Assembly: GCA_963823665.1 (NCBI GenBank)
Contig: CAWGMQ010000003.1
Coordinates: 1,760,001-1,824,000, forward strand
Reading direction: 5' to 3'
Source of the DNA: an uncultured Planctomycetota bacterium
GTDB lineage: Bacteria; Planctomycetota; Planctomycetia; Isosphaerales; Isosphaeraceae
DNA length: 64,000 nt
Under the pieces are notes generated by a model, which saw only the letters and a program-made list of their open reading frames with translations, was not told the origin of the DNA and made no database searches. The translations under genes were made by a program, and so were the position numbers. This document shows, in pieces, positions 1 to 9,893 of the stretch. Each line of letters starts with the position of its first letter. Within the stretch, counting starts at the first letter, position 1.

Positions 1-407
1 TCGGCCTCGGACAGGAATCGAGCAGTGGCGGCGGAGCCAGCGTGGTGGCCAGCCAGGATCATCTTCATGGCGCAAGGGCGCTGAAGGCGGACCTGGCGTG
101 CCAAGTAGACCACACCCATACCGCCGCGTCCCAGCTCGCCGAGGATCTCATAGCCCGGCACGACCAAGCCGGCGGCAACGGTGTCGCCGGACGTCGAGCC
201 GTCGGCCGTGATCGAATCGCGGCCGCTGCCAGAAGGTGCGAAGGTTGCGGTGCGGTCGTCGTCGTCGCAACTGTCGGGCAAGGTCTCGGCAACAGCCGCA
301 CCGGGGGTGTCGGGCGCAAGCCTCTCCTCGGACGCAGTGGTTTGCGGATCCTGGGTGTTGCCTTCGTGCTCCACGGTTTCGGCAAGAGTCGGAACGGCAT
401 CGTCCAT
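1..407 (-). CDS. Ser/Thr protein kinase, N-terminal part (runs off left edge)
   Basis: Manual translation of the minus strand from ATG 407: ...VPGYEILGELGRGGMGVVYLARQVRLQRPCAMKMILAGHHAGSAATARFLSEA (Hanks kinase subdomains I-III). The start could lie slightly upstream. Confidence 0.85.
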   Translation of the reverse strand, partial: MDDAVPTLAETVEHEGNTQDPQTTASEERLAPDTPGAAVAETLPDSCDDDDRTATFAPSGSGRDSITADGSTSGDTVAAGLVVPGYEILGELGRGGMGVVYLARQVRLQRPCAMKMILAGHHAGSAATARFLSEA

Positions 408-594
408 CGCGGCGGCCTCGGTCTCAGGCGGTAATTGACACGGCAAATCACATCACGTTACACCGCCGGTCGCAAGGATTCGGAAAGTGAGTCGCGGATC
501 AACGCGGACGCGCGCGGATCGAAAGCAGAGAATCTGGGCGCTGCTCGGTGAGATTCGATCATCCACGGACGGCGTCATCGCGGTCAAGGCGGAT

Positions 595-870
595 ACTGCT
601 ATTGACGACCTGGGACGTTGGATGCAGTGGCTGCTCACGACGCATGCCCGGCGCTACCACGGCCATCACGGCACAACAGGGCACGTCTGGCAGGGGCGAT
701 TCAAGGCCTTTCCGGTTCAGGATGACAACCATCTCGTTTCGGCGCTCCGCGATGTCGAGCGCGATGCGTTACGATCCGAGCTGGTGTCGCGGGCCCAGGA
801 CTGGAAGTGGTCGAGCCTACCGGGTTTGGGGGCGCGGCGATCCGTCGCTGTGGAAGGGGCCGGTTCGCGG
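595..870 (+). pseudogene. REP-associated tyrosine transposase (RAYT, IS200/Y1-like) fragment
   Basis: DLGRWMQWLLTTHARRYHGHHGTTGHVWQGRFKAFPVQDDNHL...RAQDWKWSS matches the RAYT C-terminal half. The N-terminal HUH region is absent, and the catalytic-Tyr motif (normally YVERNP) reads DVERDA. Confidence 0.75.
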
Positions 871-964
871 GGTCGAGCTTTGTTTTTGGTTTTTGAGGCA
901 GACAGGACATGCAGCGCAACAGGGTTTTGAGTATCACTTCAACGTGTTTCCATTACCACGTATA

Positions 965-1032
965 TGGCAGGCGTACCGGACTTGGAATCCGGTCCTTGCA
1001 ACGGGGTGTGGGTTCAAGTCCCACCTTCGGTT
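965..1032 (+). tRNA. Truncated/pseudo tRNA of Leu type (5' acceptor strand missing; anticodon reads TGG)
   Basis: Partial D arm TGGCAGGCGTA; anticodon stem CCGGA-CTTGGAA-TCCGG (976-992); long variable arm (993-1007); T arm GTGGG-TTCAAGT-CCCAC (1008-1024); 3' acceptor strand CTTCGGT. No complementary 5' acceptor strand upstream. Confidence 0.7.
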
Positions 1033-1299
1033 GTACATCTTAGGCCAAATCGCAACCTGCCGATTCGCCCTCAGTGGGATCAAATTGGGAACGGCGTTGC
1101 GGTGATGTTGGAGCCGCAACGATGGCTGCAATTGAAGAACGGTGCGAGCGGTGAGAAGTCAGTCCGCCGCTAGGCCGCGATCTTTGGCCGCCGCGGCAGG
1201 CCTCATCAGAAACCAAACGTCAAGATCCCTTCACCGATCGGGTGAAACGATACCGCCAGCCAGATTCTGGGAACGGGATGGTCAAGGCGATGGGTCCCG

Positions 1300-1610
1300 T
1301 CATGTCTCCGCAATCGGGGAGGACGCCTTCGCGCCGTCGAGGACTTCCCGGACGGCGGTGGAGTTCAAGAAAATGGCGTGGAGCCCTTCATCCCGGACGT
1401 TCGCGGCGATCTCGCCGACGATGGCCGCGGCCTGTGCGAAGGCTCCTCACGCTGTTTCTCCGTCGCCCATCAGCCGTCGCAATCGGCCGAGCACCACGTA
1501 ACTCTTCCAGGCAACGAGGGGCGCAGGATAGCTGTGCAGTTGATCGAAAGCCGCGGCCAGGCTCGCCTCGGCGTCGGCCAGGTCGCCGCGCGCCATGGCA
1601 ACTTCGGCTA
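1300..1610 (-). pseudogene. C-terminal TPR-like fragment of a larger ATPase/kinase-type protein
   Basis: Minus-strand translation [89 protein letters not shown] has an internal stop and no start. Confidence 0.45.
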
Positions 1611-1740
1611 GCACGGTCCCGCTCGGCAGGTTGGGTACACCCGATGAGATCGCCAGGGCCGTGGTGTTCCTCGCATCGGACGACAGCAGCTACATCACGG
1701 GAACGGAATTGTTCGTGGACGGCGGTTTCGCACAGGTGTA
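1611..1740 (+). pseudogene. Short-chain dehydrogenase/reductase (SDR) C-terminal fragment
   Basis: [42 protein letters not shown] is the canonical SDR C-terminus; the rest of the gene is missing. Confidence 0.75.
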
Positions 1741-1745
1741 CGCCG

Positions 1746-2441
1746 TCAATGGCGGAGAGGCACGGCACCAACAGCAAACACCCGCGGCGTCGGCTGGCCG
1801 CCCGACGCCCGGTCGCCGCCTACGGACGAACCGTCCAGCGCTGCCTCCTGCAGGCGCTCGCGGGCTTTGGCCACCCAAGCGTGCCAGCAGTGCAATGCGT
1901 GTCCTGGCGCTCTAGGAAAGAGCGACTTGACAGCGCGCACGAGAACGGGACGGATGAAGTCGAATCCTTCGCCTCCGGTTAGGACACCATTGCGATACAC
2001 CGCGAGGAGGTTGCAATGAAAGCACAGCAGAACGTCTATTTCGTCCGCACCGGCGTAGAAGCGAATTCGCACCCCGTAGCTCGGCGCGCAACCTCTAGGA
2101 ACTTCGATTCCATGAGCGCCGCTCGATGTGAGCGTGTTGCCGATTTGCGACGCCAAAGCCTCCGGAAGCTGAATCGGACCGCCGATTGTAGGGTAATCGG
2201 CGAGACGTGCCGTGCCAGGATTGAGTCCGTTCGGCAGCCGCCCGATCCTGAAAGCCTCTGCCCGCGACGCCCCGGACACGGCCGCGCGAGGACCCTCTCC
2301 ACCGAACATCCGCACAATCGCCTCCGCGCGTTCCCGTTCCTCGCGCGCTGCCCTAAAGCCAAGCAACACGGCGATTGACAAAACTGAGAGAGCGACAACT
2401 GGGAGGAAATACCGCGCGCTAAAACGCTTCTTGATGAGCAT
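1746..2441 (-). CDS. Hypothetical membrane-anchored protein (3' end possibly chimeric)
   Basis: N-terminal hydrophobic helix followed by a globular part (GVRIRF...IDVLLCFHC). Sequence after about 1912 looks like read-through into unrelated DNA. Confidence 0.55.
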   Translation of the reverse strand: MLIKKRFSARYFLPVVALSVLSIAVLLGFRAAREERERAEAIVRMFGGEGPRAAVSGASRAEAFRIGRLPNGLNPGTARLADYPTIGGPIQLPEALASQIGNTLTSSGAHGIEVPRGCAPSYGVRIRFYAGADEIDVLLCFHCNLLAVYRNGVLTGGEGFDFIRPVLVRAVKSLFPRAPGHALHCWHAWVAKARERLQEAALDGSSVGGDRASGGQPTPRVFAVGAVPLRH

Positions 2442-2619
2442 CAGACGATAACCCGCGGTGCCCAGGCGAACAATGTGCGCTTGCTCTGGTCGGATCAAGC
2501 CGCCTTCGGATACACTAACGGGTCTCGAATCTCTGAGCGTGAGCTTTGGGATTCACGATTTGAGATTCAGGACTTTTCCTCTTTATTGCGGTTCCAGCCC
2601 GCGCCTCGTGAGGTTTGCC

Positions 2620-2748
2620 GTGCCATTCCGTCCCCGCAAGAAAAAGTTTCGCCAGACCAAGTTTCACCGCTGCCCGCGCTGTGGCGGCCAGGTGCGCCGG
2701 CGCTCCGTGCGCTGCAAGAAGTGCGCGGAGCCGCAGAAACGCAAGTGA
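2620..2748 (+). CDS. Small very basic zinc-ribbon protein (42 aa)
   Basis: GTG start preceded by GTGAGG; MPFRPRKKKFRQTKFHRCPRCGGQVRRRSVRCKKCAEPQKRK contains C-x2-C-x10-C-x2-C. Confidence 0.65.
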   Translation: MPFRPRKKKFRQTKFHRCPRCGGQVRRRSVRCKKCAEPQKRK

Positions 2749-2782
2749 TTCGCCCCACGGCCAACGCGTGATGTGACAGAAC

Positions 2783-2838
2783 CCCTTCGCAGAGCGAAGG
2801 GCGACACTGCACTCGTTCCGACGCTCCGCGTCGGAACG
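2783..2838. repeat. Two adjacent REP-like palindromes
   Basis: CCCTTCGC-AGA-GCGAAGGG and CGTTCCGACGC-TCC-GCGTCGGAACG lie between convergent genes. Confidence 0.55.
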
Positions 2839-2928
2839 GAATCTTCTGCCGCTCCGCGGCGCGCCGCGCCCGATCCTCGCGCAAACGCCCGGCCACCTTC
2901 CTGCCCCAACGGCCGGCAGCGCCAGACT

Positions 2929-3252
2929 TCAATCCATCGGTCGCGTCCCGGGCGGAACCCCCGTGACCGACGAGCGGTTGATGACGCGCACCCAGAGATC
3001 GTTCTGCACGCGGATTTGACATGAAAGCCGCGTGTTTGGCTCGAGGTCGGTTTCTTGCGCCAGCCGCCCTTGCTCGAGCGGCTCCATCGGGGGCACGTCT
3101 CCCGCGAGAACCACGACCCGGCACGTGGTGCACCGGGCGTTGCCGCCACAACGGTGCATGATGTCGATGCCGGCGTCCTCGATCCCCAGAACGAGCTTCT
3201 TCCCCGCTTCCACCTCGAACGACTTCTCACCATCAACCGTCACGGTAGGCAT
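2929..3252 (-). CDS. 2Fe-2S ferredoxin
   Basis: HRCGGNARCTTCRV...RLSCQ ligand pattern; AGGAG RBS upstream. Confidence 0.9.
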   Translation of the reverse strand: MPTVTVDGEKSFEVEAGKKLVLGIEDAGIDIMHRCGGNARCTTCRVVVLAGDVPPMEPLEQGRLAQETDLEPNTRLSCQIRVQNDLWVRVINRSSVTGVPPGTRPMD

Positions 3253-3458
3253 TCATTGGGCTCCTGTTTATTGGCAATGACCCGGCAACAGGCCAGGAGA
3301 CTCGTCGGGCGGAGCCGGCTCCGACAGTAGGAGGAAACTCCGACTTCCGACTCCGGCGTTACGCCGATTGCCACGTCATCAACTCGCGTCAATTCAGGAG
3401 CACCAGTGTACCCGAGCGATCTGGAAGTGGGTATCGACTTCCCCCTTCAGAATCGAGC

Positions 3459-3878
3459 TCAGCGCACGCCCAGCGGAATCGTTTTGTTCACTCCATCGAG
3501 CTGGACGATAAGCGTGCCGTCCACGTCGCCCTTCTTGAAGAGCGCGGGTCCGGGCGGAGTGACGAGCGCATCGCCTTCGGGCCTGAGCGCGACTTTCTTG
3601 CCGCTGGCTAGTGTGAGCGTGCCTGCCGAAGGGGTTGGCGAATACGGCGTGTACGCGTCCTTGAAGAAATAGAACGACACCTCGGAACTGATGGATTGCG
3701 ATGACGCCGAAGAATCCTTCTTCACGACTTCGACTAGACCGGTCCCGCCCGGCAGTTTGATCGATACACCGCCATGAGGCGGTGGCTCTCCGGGATCGGA
3801 TGTGGATGGCGGGCCGGTGCCGCATCCCAGCGAGATCCCCAGACAAAGGAGACCGGCAACGCGCGTGAACCATCGCAT
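3459..3878 (-). CDS. Hypothetical lipoprotein downstream of DUF1559 gene
   Basis: Lipobox-like ISLGC after a hydrophobic signal; PPHGG motif. Confidence 0.7.
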   Translation of the reverse strand: MRWFTRVAGLLCLGISLGCGTGPPSTSDPGEPPPHGGVSIKLPGGTGLVEVVKKDSSASSQSISSEVSFYFFKDAYTPYSPTPSAGTLTLASGKKVALRPEGDALVTPPGPALFKKGDVDGTLIVQLDGVNKTIPLGVR

Positions 3879-3905
3879 GATCAGCCTCGTGCGTTTCAAG
3901 TGACC

Positions 3906-3936
3906 GATCCCTCCCGGCGCGCCGCCGAGAGGGATC
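3906..3936. terminator. GC-rich stem-loop between DUF1559 gene and lipoprotein
   Basis: GATCCCTC-C-CGGCG / CGCCG-A-GAGGGATC inverted repeat; no clear U-tract. Confidence 0.45.
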
Positions 3937-4004
3937 CAAGGCGAACCTCTTCACGATGAAATGGGGGCCTGTGACCCGGACGGCTGTTGGGAAATGGCTC
4001 GTCG

Positions 4005-5177
4005 TCAGTACTGATCCGAGCTGATCACCTCGCCGCCATTCCGGGTCGAGAGCTGTTGATAAACACCGAGGATCGCGTTGCCGTTCGGGCCGTAGTTGGC
4101 GAGGTAGCTCCCCGATTTGATGGCGGGTGCGGTCGCGGAAACGGTTACAAAGGTCGTGTTGTCGGGCATGGCGTCGCCATAGCTGTCCGCGTTGCCCGTG
4201 TTGTACGTCCACGAGCTGATCGAATTTTTGATAAAGCGGACCGAGCCGTCGCAGAAGGCGAAATTGCAGCCGCTGGGGTGATTGCTGCCCGCCGCGGTCG
4301 GGTAGTAGTAGCTGTACGCATTGTTGGGAATTCCCGCGTTGTTCCCGATCGCGAGGTTAAGGGGATACTGGGTGGCGAAGAGCGTGTCATACCAACGGCC
4401 CGAGTTCCATGAGTTGTCGGAAACAGCATACCCCGGATCGAGCAGGAACAAGTGGTACTTGCTGTGCTCGCCGAAGGAAAACGTGTTACTGGTGCCGTCG
4501 GTGATGGCGGCAATCCGGACAGCGCTGTCGTTGTAGATCACACCATTGAACTGAGAGAGCACCGTTGTCGACATCAGGTTGCTATAGCCGAACGTGAATG
4601 TGCCGGCATTGCCGGCATAGCTCGTGAACTGCTGGTTCCAATTGCCCGGAGGCAGGGGGTAAACCTCGTTAAAGCTCCAACCGGGCGACACACCTCCAGA
4701 GGAGGCTCGCTGAGCGGGCAGCGCAATTGAGTCGTTCTGGACATCACTCGGGCAAATCAGGGACGCGACCCGCACGCCCGCGATCGTCAAGTTGGCGGCT
4801 GCGGCCGACGTGCCGACGCTGAAATTGATCGCGTTGAACATGGGCCCTTGGTCGAAGAACCCGAGCATCCGAGCGAAGCAGCTAAAGTTCTCAGGGTAAG
4901 TACTCCAGACCTGGTATCCGTTGGCGAGCGCGCCGGCCCAGTTGGCGCCATTTACCGAGTACGAGCCGCCCGGCAGCGTTCCGTTGCTCGATTCGTAGTT
5001 CATCGCCGCCAAGGCGATCTGTTTGAGGTTATTGGTGCACTGAGCACGGCGAGCAGCTTCGCGCGCAGACTGGACAGCAGGCAAGAGTAGCGCAATCAGC
5101 ACGGCGATGATCGCGATGACGACGAGCAACTCGATCAGCGTAAAGCCGGAACGACGGCTACGAGGCTTGTTGACCAT
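4005..5177 (-). CDS. DUF1559 family prepilin-type N-terminal cleavage/methylation protein
   Basis: [53 protein letters not shown]9-DG ([14 protein letters not shown]), C-terminal [10 protein letters not shown]. Confidence 0.95.
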   Translation of the reverse strand: MVNKPRSRRSGFTLIELLVVIAIIAVLIALLLPAVQSAREAARRAQCTNNLKQIALAAMNYESSNGTLPGGSYSVNGANWAGALANGYQVWSTYPENFSCFARMLGFFDQGPMFNAINFSVGTSAAAANLTIAGVRVASLICPSDVQNDSIALPAQRASSGGVSPGWSFNEVYPLPPGNWNQQFTSYAGNAGTFTFGYSNLMSTTVLSQFNGVIYNDSAVRIAAITDGTSNTFSFGEHSKYHLFLLDPGYAVSDNSWNSGRWYDTLFATQYPLNLAIGNNAGIPNNAYSYYYPTAAGSNHPSGCNFAFCDGSVRFIKNSISSWTYNTGNADSYGDAMPDNTTFVTVSATAPAIKSGSYLANYGPNGNAILGVYQQLSTRNGGEVISSDQY

Positions 5178-5615
5178 GTGGACTCTCCTTGGATGCCGAC
5201 AGAGACGCATTTCCGCTCACGAAAAGAAGAGCCGCGATTATTTCGCGCGGTTGAGAAGCTCGCATGAAGCGCACGTAAAGATCAGTTGACGTTTGCTTCA
5301 CACTTTATGTGCAAATGCTGGGGCGGGTGCACGCCTGGATGCGGCTTCAAGCGTGCGACTGGCAGGGTCTTGCAATGCACGGTAAGCTGTGCCATATTTC
5401 ACGATCTACCTTCCCCGAACCCGAGACCGTGCGCAGCGCGTGCAGGCAAACAGGGGATCTTGATCCCGAAGCGGGTCGAGAGCGTCGCCCCGCGAGCGGT
5501 CGAATGTGCCGCTCGCAGGCGCGCCGCTGGTGCCGGCGCGTTTCTCAATGACAGTCAAGCGGAAGTGAAGGCGTTCGGGTGAGGTCTTGAGCACACCATC
5601 GGGGGATACGACGAG

Positions 5616-7976
5616 ATGAGCTGGCAGGTGGGTCTTTACGCGACCGCCGTGCTGATCCCACTGGCCGCCTTCGCGGTTGAGGCGATCTTGATCCGGCAAT
5701 TGAAGCGGCTGAACGCGTACATCGCGACGGGGGCGATCGCATTCTCGTGCCTGCTCTCGCTCATCGGCTTCTTGAGCTACGCGTGGGAGAGCAACTTCTT
5801 CCACGCGGCCACCGAATCACAAGCTGGCGAAGCCGAAGCGGGTCACACGCCGGCGGCCACCGAGCACGCCTCCGGCGCAGAGCACGGCCACCACAAGCCG
5901 GTCGTCTGGTCGCGTGATTTCGACTGGGTCATCCTCGGGTCAAGCGCGCTCCCCGCGAACGCGGCCGGAGCCGGGAATCGACCGAACCTGGTTGTTCCTC
6001 TGGGCATCGCGATCGACGGCCTGAGCGCCATCATGTTCCTCATGGTCACGTTCATCGCGACGTTGATCCACATCTACTCGATGGGATACATGCACGACGA
6101 CCCGCGATACCCGCGGTTCTTCACGTATCTCTCGCTGTTCTGCTTCTCGATGCTCGGTCTCGTCGCCTCGCCGAATGTGTTCATGATCTTCATCTTCTGG
6201 GAGCTGGTCGGCGTCTGTTCGTACCTGTTGATCGGATTCTGGTACGAGGAGAAGTCGAATTGCGACGCCGCCAACAAGGCGTTCATCGTCAATCGCGTGG
6301 GCGATGTCGGCATGCTGATGGGGCTCGGGCTGCTCTGGACCAGCCTGGGAACCTTCAGCTTCAAGGACATCAGCGAGGGGCTGCGGAACTCGGGCGGAGG
6401 CTTGAACATCAACACCGTGCGCAGCGCCGACGCAGTCGTTGAGATCAGGCCCAATCCTGCGAGCTTCGAAGTCGCCAAGGACCCCATCACGGGCAAGAAC
6501 CGAGAGATTCCGTACTGGATGTTGACTCTGGCGGGGCTCGGCATCTTCGCCGGCTGCGTGGGCAAGAGCGCTCAGTTCCCGCTCCATGTCTGGCTGCCGG
6601 ACGCCATGGCCGGGCCGACGCCTGTCTCCGCCTTGATCCACGCGGCGACGATGGTGGCCGCCGGCGTCTATCTGGTCGGGCGGTTTTATGCGCTGTTCAC
6701 GCCCGAAGTGCTGCTCTACATCGCCTATACGGGCGGCATCACGCTGTTCATCGCCGCAACGATTGCCATGGTGCAAAGCGACTACAAGAAAGTCCTCGCT
6801 TATTCGACGGTGAGCCAGCTTGGGTTCATGATGCTCGCGCTCGGTGTCGGCGGCTGGGCTGCCGGGCTCTTTCACCTGATCACCCACGCGTTTTTCAAGG
6901 CTCTGCTTTTCCTGGGCGCCGGCAGCGTCTATCACAGCGTTCACACCTACGAGATGCCCGTCCTGGGAGGCCTGCTCAAGAAAATGCCCCGCACCGGCTA
7001 CGCCATGCTGGTCGGAACGCTGGCCATCTCAGGAGTGCCGTTTTTCAGCGGCTTCTACTCGAAGGATGCAATCCTCGCCGCGGCCCTGGCACGCGTGAGC
7101 CACGATCCTAGTCATTTTCTCCTGTTCGTGCTGCCGGCGGTCGGAGCCGTGCTGACCGCGTTTTACATGATCCGGATGTGGTGTTTGACCTTCGCGGGTG
7201 AGCCCCGCGGCTTCCCATCGGCGGCCGAGGCCGTGCATTCCCACGTCCATGACGACGAACACGCCTTGCCGCATTCGCACCGGCCTGGGCACGGCCACGA
7301 CACGAACCCGGCGGCCCATGCGCACGAGAGCGAGCCCATCATGACCTGGCCGCTCATCATCCTGGCGGTCTGCAGCATATTCAGCGGCTGGACGCTTTGG
7401 TTGGGACTTCCGATCGGAATCCCCGTGCTCGAGCATATGCTCGAATATACCGAGCCTTACAAGAAAGCGTTCGAGATTCACGCGCAGCACCATTATGGCG
7501 CGATGGCCGCTTCCGCCTTGATCTTGTTCGTCGGCATCGGGGCCGGCCTACTCTATTACGCACCCAGGGGCCTCCCGTATTTTGTGCCGACCCGATTCAG
7601 TGCAGCCCGGACGGCCGCACGGCTGGGCGGGCTCTACGGCTTCCTGGTGCACAAGTGGTATTTCGACGAGCTGTACTGGGCCGTCTTCGTGCGCCCGTGC
7701 CTCTACATCGCGCGGTTCTGCCAGCAGATCGACAAGATCCTGATCGACGGCTTGGTCGACGGCTCGGCGAGGGTTACCGCAATGCTCAGCAAGCTGGATG
7801 GTGTCTTCGACGTGATTGCCGTCGATGGGCTCGTGAACTTGTTCGGCAAGGTGGTCTACGTGGTAGGTGATTGGAGCCGCGGGATTCAGACGGGCCGACT
7901 GCGAAACTATTTGATGATCCTGGCCATCGGATTGGTCGGACTCTTCGCCGGGGTCTTTTACTGGATTCGAAGCTAA
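5616..7976 (+). CDS. nuoL: NADH-quinone oxidoreductase subunit L
   Basis: FWELVG, AFIVNRVGD, GKSAQFPLHVWLPDAMAGPTPVSALIHAATMVAAG, AYSTVSQLG, THAFFKALLFL. Confidence 0.95.
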   Translation: MSWQVGLYATAVLIPLAAFAVEAILIRQLKRLNAYIATGAIAFSCLLSLIGFLSYAWESNFFHAATESQAGEAEAGHTPAATEHASGAEHGHHKPVVWSRDFDWVILGSSALPANAAGAGNRPNLVVPLGIAIDGLSAIMFLMVTFIATLIHIYSMGYMHDDPRYPRFFTYLSLFCFSMLGLVASPNVFMIFIFWELVGVCSYLLIGFWYEEKSNCDAANKAFIVNRVGDVGMLMGLGLLWTSLGTFSFKDISEGLRNSGGGLNINTVRSADAVVEIRPNPASFEVAKDPITGKNREIPYWMLTLAGLGIFAGCVGKSAQFPLHVWLPDAMAGPTPVSALIHAATMVAAGVYLVGRFYALFTPEVLLYIAYTGGITLFIAATIAMVQSDYKKVLAYSTVSQLGFMMLALGVGGWAAGLFHLITHAFFKALLFLGAGSVYHSVHTYEMPVLGGLLKKMPRTGYAMLVGTLAISGVPFFSGFYSKDAILAAALARVSHDPSHFLLFVLPAVGAVLTAFYMIRMWCLTFAGEPRGFPSAAEAVHSHVHDDEHALPHSHRPGHGHDTNPAAHAHESEPIMTWPLIILAVCSIFSGWTLWLGLPIGIPVLEHMLEYTEPYKKAFEIHAQHHYGAMAASALILFVGIGAGLLYYAPRGLPYFVPTRFSAARTAARLGGLYGFLVHKWYFDELYWAVFVRPCLYIARFCQQIDKILIDGLVDGSARVTAMLSKLDGVFDVIAVDGLVNLFGKVVYVVGDWSRGIQTGRLRNYLMILAIGLVGLFAGVFYWIRS

Positions 7977-8003
7977 ACATTCTAGCGAACGGGTGACTGC
8001 CCC

Positions 8004-9758
8004 ATGTCGAGCGACAACCTGCTCCTTACTTCCCTATGGCTGGTGCCCTTGATCGGCATGGTTGCCGTTCTCTGCCTACCCAAACGGATTGAGCACGCCG
8101 CAAAATGGGTGTCCCTGGGGTTCACCTCGGCTACGTTCCTGATCACGCTCATTCTCCTGGCGGCCTACCTGGGAGGCGATGCGAGTACCGGCCCCGGCGC
8201 GCCCCTGACCGCACGAGCGGCGGCCAATACGCTCGCTGAAGATTCCGACCGCCAGTTCACCGTGGTGCAGGAGAAAGACGGAGATTTGATGGTTCGGCTG
8301 CCGTGGATCCCTATTTTCAACATCCAGTACTACTTGGGTGTCGACGGCATCAGCCTCAGCCTGGTCGTGCTCACCGGGCTGGTGAGCGTGCTCGCCTCGC
8401 TGGCCTCGTGGAATATCGATAAACATGTCAAGGGATACTATGCGCTCTATCTGCTGCTCACGACCAGCATGCTCGGCGTCTTCGTCTCGCTCGACCTGTT
8501 CTTGTTCTACGTGTTCTTCGAAGTGATGCTGCTGCCGATGTATTTCCTGATCGCCATCTGGGGCGGGCCCCGGCGCGAGTATGCCGCCATCAAGTTTCTG
8601 CTCTACACCTTGTTCGGCTCGGTCTTCATCCTGGTTGCGATCTTGATCCTCTACTTCTGGCAGAGCAACGTGTCGGTGACCGGGTTCACCGCCCATTCCT
8701 TCGACGCCGTCAAGATCGCGGCGATCGCCAGCAACTCGAGTTACTACCCCCGCTCGTTGCAGGGCTGGGTGTTCTTGCTCTTCTTCATCGGCTTTTGCGT
8801 CAAGCTTCCCTCATTCCCTTTCCACACCTGGCTTCCCGACGCCCACGTCGAGGCCCCAACGCCAATCAGCATGATCCTGGCCGGCATTCTGCTCAAGATC
8901 GGCGGCTATGGCCTGATCCGCCTGGCATGGCCGCTGGCCCCGGCCGGTGCCTACGACTGGTCCATGTACGTCGCCGTCCTGGGAGTCTTCAGCATCCTCT
9001 ACGGCGCCTTGGTCGCCATGGCGCAGACCGATTTCAAGAAGCTCGTGGCCTACAGCTCCGTCAGCCACATGGGATACGTCACTCTGGGAATGGCCGTGAT
9101 GGCCATCTTCGCGAGCGACGGGAGGACGGCCCTCGATCCTCGCTATTACGCCTACGGAGTCAACGGCGCCATGTATATGATGCTGGCCCACGGAATCACC
9201 TCGGCCGGCATGTTCTTCCTCGTCGGCGTCATCTACGACCGCGCTCACACACGCGACTTGAATAAATTGGGCGGTCTGGGCAATATCATGCCCCTCTATG
9301 CAGCGCTTTCGTACATCATTTTCTTCGGCTCGATGGGGCTGCCGGGGCTTTGCGGGTTTGTCGCTGAGGTGTTTGTTGTGATCTCGGCGTTCAATTACAG
9401 TCCGCTGCTGGCCATTCTGGCCGCCGCGGCCGTGATTCTGACCGCCGGCTACATCCTTTGGACAGTACAGCGTGTGTTCCTGGGCCGGAGCGAGACGTGG
9501 AAGGGCTTACCCGACCTGAATGGGCGCGAGATCGGGATCGCCATTCCGCTGGTGGTCCTCACGATCGCGATGGGGATCTTCCCGCAGCAGCTCATCCTGA
9601 GCTGGATGGGGCCATCCGTGGACCAGGTCGTGCACTCGGTGACCACGGCCCGGGAAATCAACGCCCAGCGCCGCGCCGTGGTCCAACACGATGACTCGCC
9701 CGCAAAATCTGTAGCAGGCACACTCCGTGTGCCGCCCGCTGTCGCGCAGGCGAAATAA
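8004..9758 (+). CDS. nuoM: NADH-quinone oxidoreductase subunit M
   Basis: LGVDGIS, FFEVMLLPMYFLI, PFHTWLPDAHVEAPT, LVAYSSVSHMG, GLPGLCGFVAE. Confidence 0.95.
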   Translation: MSSDNLLLTSLWLVPLIGMVAVLCLPKRIEHAAKWVSLGFTSATFLITLILLAAYLGGDASTGPGAPLTARAAANTLAEDSDRQFTVVQEKDGDLMVRLPWIPIFNIQYYLGVDGISLSLVVLTGLVSVLASLASWNIDKHVKGYYALYLLLTTSMLGVFVSLDLFLFYVFFEVMLLPMYFLIAIWGGPRREYAAIKFLLYTLFGSVFILVAILILYFWQSNVSVTGFTAHSFDAVKIAAIASNSSYYPRSLQGWVFLLFFIGFCVKLPSFPFHTWLPDAHVEAPTPISMILAGILLKIGGYGLIRLAWPLAPAGAYDWSMYVAVLGVFSILYGALVAMAQTDFKKLVAYSSVSHMGYVTLGMAVMAIFASDGRTALDPRYYAYGVNGAMYMMLAHGITSAGMFFLVGVIYDRAHTRDLNKLGGLGNIMPLYAALSYIIFFGSMGLPGLCGFVAEVFVVISAFNYSPLLAILAAAAVILTAGYILWTVQRVFLGRSETWKGLPDLNGREIGIAIPLVVLTIAMGIFPQQLILSWMGPSVDQVVHSVTTAREINAQRRAVVQHDDSPAKSVAGTLRVPPAVAQAK

Positions 9759-9893
9759 CCGCTGCTGACCTTGCGTCAATTCCCGCTCCGGTGTACCTTG
9801 CGGCCCACCTCAGAACCGCCAGGAAGCGGGAATTCCCTGTCTATCGGTGCTCACAGGATGCGTTGAGCAGACGCAAGAAGGAGTCGTACATCG

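Noticed and set aside
487..930. Active transposase
   Set aside because: It lacks the HUH motif and catalytic Tyr, so it is a fragment only.
1440..1452. In-frame TGA as selenocysteine
   Set aside because: It lies in a helical, non-redox context within a truncated fragment; a nonsense mutation is simpler.
3255..3400. Riboswitch in the ferredoxin leader
   Set aside because: Several pairings are possible (TGGCAAT/ATTGCCA), but there is no match to a riboswitch consensus I can recognise; an Infernal/Rfam search would be needed.
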